A stretch of DNA of 6,025 bases, taken from contig NW_021829684.1 of NCBI RefSeq assembly GCF_006345805.1, positions 1-6,025 on the forward strand, in the 5' to 3' direction. Both the position numbers and the translations under genes were made by a program. Source of the stretch: Octopus sinensis (taxonomy: Eukaryota). The stretch's first letter is position 1. Each line of letters begins with the position of its first letter. Under the pieces are notes generated by a model. That model saw nothing but the letters and a program-made list of their open reading frames with translations, made no database searches and was not told the DNA's origin. This document shows, piece after piece, positions 1 through 6,025 of the stretch.

Positions 1-7
1 CAAATTC

Positions 8-40
8 ACTTTTCATCGGTTCGGGGTCGATAAAAAAATG
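8..40 (+). mobile_element. Short degenerate SINE fragment (octopus-type)
   Basis: 'ttttcatcggttcggggtcgataaaa' resembles my recollection of a common octopus SINE segment (tttcatcctttcggggtcgataaa). It also shares 'cggggtcgat' with the SINE at 4366-4784. The match is short and at the window edge. Confidence 0.35.
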
Positions 41-326
41 TCGATATTTCCAAACTTAAAAAAATTACTTTTCGATAAATGAAATAATTTTGTTTGTTTC
101 TTAATGTCACATTTTCCTTCATCTATTTTCCTGGACGAGGTTGAATGGATCTACTCAAAGGAGGAGAAAAAAAACTGGTAGAAGAGACTTCCGATGCCTT
201 GGAGAAAGCACAAAGTAATCCGGGATCTACTTTTTTGCGTGTTATATTTCATCTTTTCATATAGGGCTCAATGTATTCGGTCCTTGTGGCTAATAAATAA
301 AATCATCACCATCGTTGCTGTTGCTG

Positions 327-364
327 TTATTATTATTGTTATTATTATTATTATTATTATTATA

Positions 365-398
<34 letters not shown>
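327..398. repeat. (TTA)n trinucleotide microsatellite
   Basis: About 24 tta units with two interruptions. It produces the poly-Ile/poly-Tyr of ORF 194..412. Confidence 0.97.
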
Positions 399-654
399 TC
401 TCCTTATTTTGACTTCAACGGAGGTATCTAATCCTTGAAATATCCCTCAATGTGTATTTATGCATATATATAAATACGTGTATCTTCGACCCGGTTTTAT
501 GTGTTATCCGAGAAGGTGTGAAAAAAAAAATTGCGTCAAACCACAAACTACAAACGACCACGCCGGTCTGAGATGCCAATTTGAATGAACGAGCCGTTTA
601 CTTTCACTTTCGCTTCTAAGCAATTTTACGTGTCCCAGTCCTGTCATAAACCAT

Positions 655-672
655 TATATATATATATATATA
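655..672. repeat. (TA)n microsatellite, start of a TA/CA/CT-rich degenerate tract extending to ~935
   Basis: Read directly from the sequence. Confidence 0.9.
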
Positions 673-1066
673 TTGAAAAATATGTATAATCTATCTTCTT
701 ATACGTATATGTGTACGTATGTATATATAAACATACTAAATAGATATGCATTTAGACACACGTATACTTGAGCATCTCTCTCTCTCCGCTCTCTCCCCCT
801 CACCTCTCATTTATTCCCTGTGTGTGTATACAAATACCTATACATGCATGCATACATATATATGTATGTGTGTATGTACGTGTACTTATAAATATACATA
901 CATACATGCACACACACATACATAGACACACACATTGTATATTTGTGTCATATTTGATGTTTCTTATGCTTTTGTTTAACGCACAAAGTATTGAGAACGG
1001 ATCTCTCCCAGAATGCCTCTGTCTCGTTTCGCGCCAGTGAAGTTACTTAAGGCGAATATCATAGAA

Positions 1067-1154
1067 ACACACACAACACACACACAGTTATACAATCACG
1101 CATACACACACACACAATTCATGCACACATTTGTACATACATACATCCGTTCAT

Positions 1155-1187
<33 letters not shown>

Positions 1188-1536
1188 AACACACACAAAC
1201 ACACAGACACACAAACACAGACACACAAACACGCACACACACACAAACACACACAAACACACACACACACAAACACACACAAACACACACAAAAACACAC
1301 ACACACACATATATATTATATCAGACAGGTGCACACACATATATACATACAGTCATACAAACACAGACATTGGCCCACACATACACATACATATATGTAC
1401 ACAAAAACGCACAAATATATAAAGTATAGACGAATATAAACCCGTGCACATACATACACAGATACAAACATTCACGCACTAAATATGCACACAAATACAA
1501 CACGTACACCCGCACACACTCATATATATTATGCAG

Positions 1537-1565
<29 letters not shown>
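1067..1565. repeat. Degenerate (CA)n-rich microsatellite tract
   Basis: Long acac/aaac/agac/atac runs, purest at ~1155-1310. Confidence 0.93.
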
Positions 1566-1570
<5 letters not shown>

Positions 1571-1985
1571 TTAAACCAAGTATTCACACACATACACACG
1601 CAAACTCACAAACACACACACACACATACACACGCAAACTCACAAACACACACACACACACATATAAACCAAGTATTCACACACATACACACGCAAACTC
1701 ACAAACACACACACACACATACACACGCAAACTCACAAACACACACACACACACATATAAACCAAGTATTCACACACATACACACGCAAACTCACAAACA
1801 CACACACACATATAAACCAAGTATTCACACACATACACACGCAAACTCACAAACACACACACACACATATAAACCAAGTATTCACACACATACACACGCA
1901 AACTCACAAACACACACACACATATAAACCAAGTATTCACACACATACACACGCAAACTCACAAACACACACACATTATACAAAC
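1566..1985. repeat. Compound minisatellite built on (CA)n, structure (A-B-B)2(A-B)4
   Basis: Motif A 'aaaccaagtattcac' occurs at 1573, 1666, 1759, 1814, 1871 and 1926 (spacings 93, 93, 55, 57, 55). Motif B 'catacacacgcaaactcacaaac' occurs 8 times. Confidence 0.95.
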
Positions 1986-2009
1986 ACGTGTCGGCAAGGG
2001 ATACGCCAT

Positions 2010-2065
2010 ATGGCCATTTGTTCTGCTAGAAATTGCAGCCAAATCTCTTGAAAATCACACTCTAC
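2010..2065 (+). repeat. Diverged partial monomer of the 107-bp repeat family
   Basis: 'ctgctagaaattgcagccaaatctcttgaaaatcacactctac' aligns to the unit 'ctggtagaaatagcagccaaatctccctcaaatcacaccctac'. Confidence 0.85.
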
Positions 2066-2100
2066 GTGTTTAAAACATGAAGGACACACAACGAAACATG

Positions 2101-2339
2101 GTCATAGGCGTCATCACGTGACCAAGATCGCTTAACAGACGCTTAACAGACCCTAGATGTTTTCATAGTCAGCCGTCCGCCACTGGTCACTCTCCTCTGT
2201 CCAGTTTTTGGTTTTGCCAAAGCAGAGTCTTCTGTGTCTGCCTCCCCTTCAGCCCCCCTCAACTGTGCCCTGAAGAATGGTTTTGGAGTGGAATTTGTAG
2301 AGATACACGACCATGCCAGGCCAGCTTTCGTCCTTTTAT
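2101..2339 (-). mobile_element. 3'-terminal relic of an RTE-clade non-LTR retrotransposon (LINE)
   Basis: The minus strand reads IKGRKLAWHGRVSL, then after a frameshift SKTILQGTVEGG*RGGRHRRLCFGKTKNWTE. This matches the RTE ORF C-terminal pattern (K.RKL.WFGHV.R...SKTILQG.VEG.R.RGR.R..W.DNIK.WT). It contains a stop and frameshifts, and a weak 'gatgac' tail-like end. Confidence 0.85.
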
Positions 2340-2791
2340 GTATGAGCCAATGAGGGAGACCTCTACATGGTAGCTAGATCTGGTAGAAATAGCAGCTAAA
2401 TCTCCCTCAAATTACACCCTACTCTCGTATCTATGTATATATGTATGTATGAGCCAATGAGGGAGACCTCTACATGGTAGCTAGACCTGGTAGAAATAGC
2501 AGCCAAATCTCCCTCAAATTACACCCTACTCTCTTATGTATGTATATATGTATGTATGAACCAATGAGGGAGACCTCTACATGGTAGCTACATCTGTTAG
2601 AAATAGCAGCCAAATCTCCCTCAAATCACACCTTATTGTCTTATGTATGTATATATGTATGTATGAGCTAATGAAGGAAACCTCTACATGGTAGCCAGAC
2701 ATGGTAGACATAGCAGCCGAATCTCCCTGAAATGGCACCCTTCTGTCTTATGTATGTATATATGTATGTATGAGCTAATGAGGGAAACCTC
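2337..2791 (+). repeat. Tandem array of a 107-bp unit, ~4.2 copies (left arm)
   Basis: The unit marker 'gagccaatgagggagacctc' (with variants) occurs at 2344, 2451, 2558, 2665 and 2772, an exact 107-bp period. Each unit ends in a (TATG)-type microsatellite. Confidence 0.97.
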
Positions 2792-2815
2792 ATTAGGAGT
2801 GGTTCCTGTCTGTGA

Positions 2816-3082
2816 GCGCATTCGTTAATTTTCTACCTGACAAAGCCGTTTGCTTTGTGCTCTGTGTACGGAACGTGTAGCAGCCTTCTGAATGCCTGGA
2901 TTCTTTGCTCTAGGTCAGCTGCAAGAGTCCAACTCTCACATCAAAATCACCAAAATCTCGAGTCATGTTGGGAAAGCAATGCAATTGTTTTTCCATGTGC
3001 TGGTTGCTCTTACAGGGTGTACACTGACTGTCGTGTGGGAGGCCAATACGAGGCCGAGGGAGTCATCTATGAGGCTGCGGTG
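2816..3082 (+). pseudogene. Possible degenerate Penelope-like element fragment (RT-endonuclease linker and start of GIY-YIG domain)
   Basis: The frame is stop-free from 2816. 3005-3082 encodes CSYRVYTDCRVGGQYEAEGVIYEAAV, which fits the PLE pattern C-x-C-R-x4-C-P-x2-G-x-C-x4-V-V/I-Y-x-A-x-V. The two missing Cys are TAC codons (one transition from TGC). Upstream FYLTKPF and RVQLSHQNHQNL weakly recall WFNPPF and VKxSYSxxxNL. No YIG half was found. Confidence 0.5.
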
Positions 3083-3418
3083 ATACTAGCGATCATAGTA
3101 AAAGCAGCAACAGCGACGGTATCGGTAGCAGAAATAACAACACTGACGCCAACGACACTACGGCCGGGGATGACCACCACACAGACATCAGTACCAACAT
3201 TACGGCCGGAGATGACCACACCAGCGAAGCTACCGGCCGCACACCCAATATTACCAATGACGGCACCCGTACCATCGGCGACAGTTGCGCCAACGCCAGG
3301 GCCAGGGATGACCACCACAACGGCAACAGCCGCTGGACCAGTGGCAGCTCGAGCAGCACCGACGGCAACAACAACAGCTCCAGGCCCGGAGCCAATCGAA
3401 AATGTGCCAGTAATGTGA
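3083..3418 (+). repeat. GC-richer triplet-periodic low-complexity tract (Thr/Pro/Ala-rich in ORF 2855..3418)
   Basis: Degenerate aac/gac/agc/acc triplets. The internal repeat 'gcc(g/a)g(g/a)gatgaccac' occurs at ~3163, ~3205 and ~3301. Confidence 0.75.
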
Positions 3419-3457
3419 GCACAACACAAAAGAAGCAGTAGAAAGTGTGTGTGGCTT

Positions 3458-3460
3458 ACA

Positions 3461-3491
<31 letters not shown>
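3458..3491. repeat. (CA)n microsatellite
   Basis: Read directly from the sequence; one interruption. Confidence 0.95.
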
Positions 3492-3543
3492 TTCCGCACG
3501 TGTGCTCCCACTTTGACTTCAGAATCTCCATCAAAACACACCC

Positions 3544-3645
3544 TACATATATGAGACAGTAAGATGTGATTTTAGGGAGAATTGGTGGCCATTTCTGCCA
3601 GGTCTAACTACCACGCAGAGATCTCCTTCATTGGTTTATACATGC
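3544..3645 (-). repeat. Diverged solitary monomer of the 107-bp repeat family, reverse orientation
   Basis: 'gatgtgattttagggagaattggtggccatttctgccaggtctaactaccacgcagagatctccttcattgg' aligns without large gaps to the right-arm unit. Confidence 0.9.
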
Positions 3646-3838
3646 ATACATACATACATACATACATACATACATACATACATACATACATACATACATA
3701 AATACATACATACACACATACATACATACATACATGCATGCAAACATACAAACATACATACAAACATACATACATACAAACATACATACATACATACATA
3801 CATACATGCAAACATACATGCATGCAAACATACATACA

Positions 3839-3872
<34 letters not shown>

Positions 3873-3980
3873 CATATATACATATGTACATACACACACA
3901 TACATACATACGCACACATACATACATACATACATACATACATACATACATACATACATACATACATACATACATACGTA
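3640..3980. repeat. (TACA)n tetranucleotide microsatellite, ~340 bp
   Basis: Read directly from the sequence, with scattered tgca/caaa/tata variants. Confidence 0.97.
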
Positions 3981-4365
3981 CACACACGCCGCTAGAAGCC
4001 ACTTGACGTGACCCTCAGGCATCAGTCTGCCAACCGGCGTTCTCCGATGCGGTCATACTGCAACGTGGTGTGTCTTTGTTTTGCAGTGCTTCTCGCCAAG
4101 TTCGTCAATTTCTACGATGGCTGAAACGAAGGAACGGCGTGCTTCCGTGAAAATCCGTTTTCTGCTGGGGAAAACGGCAGCCGAAACAGTTGTCATGCTT
4201 CAAACAGCTCACAAGGACGCTGTCACAATGCCATGAGCAAAACACAAGTTCACGACTAGTTCTCGTGCTTTTCGAATGGTCGTTTATAACTTGAGGACCA
4301 ACATCGTTCAGGACGACTGTCGACCTCTCGAACGAATGAAAACATCACGAAAATTCACGAACTCA

Positions 4366-4784
4366 GGCGTAGGAGTGGCTGTGTGGTAAGTAGCTTGCTT
4401 ACCAACCACACAGTTCCGGGTTCAGTCCCACTGCGTGGCACCTTGGGCAAGTGTCTTCTACTATAGCCTCAGGCCGACCAAAGCCTTGTGAGTGGATTTG
4501 GTAGACGGAAACTGGAAGAAGCCCGTCGTATATATGTATATATATATATATATGTGTGTGTGTATATGTTTGTATGTCTGTGTTTGTCCCCCCAACATCG
4601 CTTGACAACCGGTGCTGGCGTGTTTACGTCCCCGTAACTTAGCGGTTCGGCAAAAGAGACCGATAGAATAAGTACTAGGCTTACAAAGAATAAGTCCCGG
4701 GGTCGATTTGCTCGACTAAAGGCGGTGCTCCAGCATGGCCGCAGTCAAATGACTGAAACAAGTAAAAGAAAGAAAAGAAAAAGA
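4366..4784 (+). mobile_element. Apparently full-length tRNA-derived SINE (octopus-type) with internal microsatellite
   Basis: It has a tRNA-like head with A/B boxes and 'ccttgggcaagt', similar to the start of the CORE-SINE domain. It also has an internal (TA)n(TG)n at ~4529-4582 and an A-rich (aaag)n tail at 4764-4784. The flanking imperfect TSD is aactca (4360-4365) / aactta (4785-4790). Removing it restores the transposase frame. Confidence 0.92.
4376..4428 (+). promoter_or_regulatory. RNA polymerase III internal promoter (A and B boxes) of the SINE
   Basis: A box-like tggctgtgtgg (4376-4386) and B box-like ggttcagtcc (4419-4428) at tRNA-like spacing. Confidence 0.7.
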
Positions 4785-5211
4785 AACTTATCTTGGGGGA
4801 CCGTCACCGAACAATTGACAAACTTGTTGATATGACTGGTATGTCCTGGAGCTCCTGCCGACGAATTTTGAGCGAGGAACTGTGAGTGAAAAGAGTCGCA
4901 GCAGAATTTGTGCGTCGCTTGTTCACAGAAGATCAAAAATAGTCACGGCTGAATACGTGTTGCGTGGATCTTTTATCGAAGCTCACCACTTGTGACAAAA
5001 GATGGTGCTACAGAATTGGCAGATGTGGAAGAGGTGAAGAAAAAACACAATGGAGTCGTAAAAGGGCATCACTTGGCCGGAGTTCCAGCAGCGCTTCGAA
5101 AAGTGGAAAACCCGTCGGGACCGATGTGTAAGCGTGTAAGACTAAGTGAATAAAATAATATTGCAAAATACCCGTTTCTTTTGGGTACCTACTTCGTCCA
5201 TAACGTAGATG

Positions 5212-5290
5212 CATACATATAGACATACATACACACACGCATACATACATACATACATATAGACATATATAACATACATACACACATACA
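5212..5290. repeat. Degenerate (CATA)n microsatellite
   Basis: Read directly from the sequence; it merges into the first unit of the right array. Confidence 0.85.
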
Positions 5291-5982
5291 TAAGACAGAA
5301 TGGTCTGGTTTGAGGGAGATCTGGCTGCTATTTCTACCAGGTCTGGCTACCATGTAGAGGTCTCCCTCATTAGCTCATACATAAGAGAGTAGGGTGTGAT
5401 TTGAGGGAGATCTGGCTGCTATTTCTAGCAGGTCTAGCTACCACGTAGAGGTCTCCCTCATTGGCTCATACATACATATATACATACATAAGAGAGTAGG
5501 GTGTGATTTGAGGGAGATCTGGCTGCTATTTCTAGCAAGTCTAGCTACCATCTAGAGGTTTCCCTTATTGGTCCATACATACATATATACATACATAAGA
5601 CAATATAATGTGATTTGAAGGAGATCTGGCTGCTATTTCTAGCAAGTCTAGCTACCATCTAGAGGTTTCCCTTATTGGTCCATACATACATATATATACA
5701 CATAAGAGAGTAGGGTGTGATTTGAGGGAGATTTGGCTGCTATTTCTACCAGGTCTAGCTACCATGTAGAGGTCTCCCTCATTGGCTCATACATACATAT
5801 ATACATACATAAGAGAGTAGGGTGTGATTTGAGGGAGATTTGGCTGCTATTTCTACCAGGTCTAGCTACCATGTGGAGGTCTCCCTCATTGGCTCATACA
5901 TACATATATACATACATAAGAGAGTAGGGTGTTGTTTGAGGGAGATCTGGCTGCTATTTCTAGCAGGTCTAGCTACCATGTG
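5285..5982 (-). repeat. Tandem array of the same 107-bp unit in inverted orientation, ~6.5 copies (right arm)
   Basis: The marker 'tga(g/a)ggagat' occurs at 5311, 5402, 5509, 5616, 5723, 5830 and 5937 (spacing 91, then 107 five times). 5701-5788 is the reverse complement of 2451-2538 with one mismatch in 88 bp. Confidence 0.97.
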
Positions 5983-6025
5983 CACGAATGTGGTGTGGTG
6001 CTGCATTGGGCGGGGTCGGTGTCGC

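Larger units (their letters stand above)
4117..5139 (+). pseudogene. Mariner-type transposase pseudogene (N-terminal HTH, linker, first catalytic motif, C-terminus)
   Basis: From ATG 4117: MAETKERRASVKIRFLLGKTAAETVVMLQTAHKDA, frameshift, MSKTQVHD*FSCFSNGRL*LEDQHRSGRLSTSRTNENITKIHEL, then the SINE, then ILGDRHRTIDKLVDMTGMSWSSCRRILSEEL*VKRVAAEFVRRLFTEDQK*SRLNTCCVDLLSKLTTCDKRWCY, deletion, ADVEEVKKK, frameshift, TMES*KGITWPEFQQRFEKWKTRRDRCVSV*. Mariner motifs RSGRP, (W/F)VPR.L, TGDExW and W..R..RC are recognisable. Confidence 0.9.
3986..5197 (+). mobile_element. Decayed, internally deleted mariner (Tc1/mariner) DNA transposon interrupted by a SINE
   Basis: It carries the transposase relic listed below and AATAAA at 5149-5154. 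A TIR-like 3' end 'tacccgtttcttttgggtacctacttcgt' lies at ~5169-5197. No matching 5' TIR is visible, so the left boundary is approximate. Confidence 0.8.

Noticed and set aside
194-1952. ORFs rich in HT/CV/IY dipeptides (194..412, 768..1040, 1013..1429 and overlapping ones)
   Set aside because: They are translations of (TTA)n and (CA)n/(TG)n microsatellites that lack stops by composition.
2337-2791. CRISPR-like regular array (also 1566-1985 and 5285-5982)
   Set aside because: Whole units repeat with no unique spacers, there are no cas genes, and the context is eukaryotic.
2772-2796. Hammerhead ribozyme-like 'ctaatgag..gaaac' next to a Penelope-like relic
   Set aside because: The core should be CTGANGA; the essential G is A here, most units read ccaatgag, and there is no room for stem II.
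3067-3541. Minus-strand ORFs 3067..3534, 3093..3422 and 3251..3541
   Set aside because: They are antisense shadows of a triplet-periodic tract, partly (TG)n, with no recognisable domain.
3608-4022. Six overlapping ORFs (MYVC/HTYI repeats)
   Set aside because: They are translations of (TACA)n.
4366-4440. tRNA gene
   Set aside because: It has A/B boxes but continues into SINE body, tail and TSD, so it is the SINE head.
4399-5927. ORFs 4399..4608, 4745..4936, 5008..5283 and 5733..5927
   Set aside because: They are antisense to the SINE or mariner, or lie within the tandem array, and show no coding evidence.
5983-6025. GC-rich end with a GGGCGGGG GC-box
   Set aside because: Only 43 bp at the window edge; too little to interpret.

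Overview
This is AT-rich eukaryotic DNA made almost entirely of repeats, probably intronic or intergenic. The SINE and the 107-bp repeat family resemble, from memory, repeats of octopus (coleoid cephalopod) genomes; that assignment is unverified. No intact host gene is supportable, and nearly all ORFs in the track are microsatellite artefacts. From left to right the window holds: a short unique CpG-bearing segment; (TTA)n, (TA)n and (CA)n tracts; a compound CA minisatellite; a minus-strand 3' relic of an RTE-clade LINE; a 107-bp tandem array (~4.2 units); a possible Penelope-like (Cys linker/GIY) relic joined in frame to a Thr/Pro-rich low-complexity tract; a long (TACA)n tract; an internally deleted mariner transposase pseudogene split by a complete tRNA-derived SINE; and a second array of the same 107-bp unit (~6.5 units) in inverted orientation. 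The most notable feature is the pair of inverted arrays. Their innermost units share diagnostic variants, and the left array ends in a perfect GAAA-loop hairpin. I see no firm evidence of a new protein-coding system.
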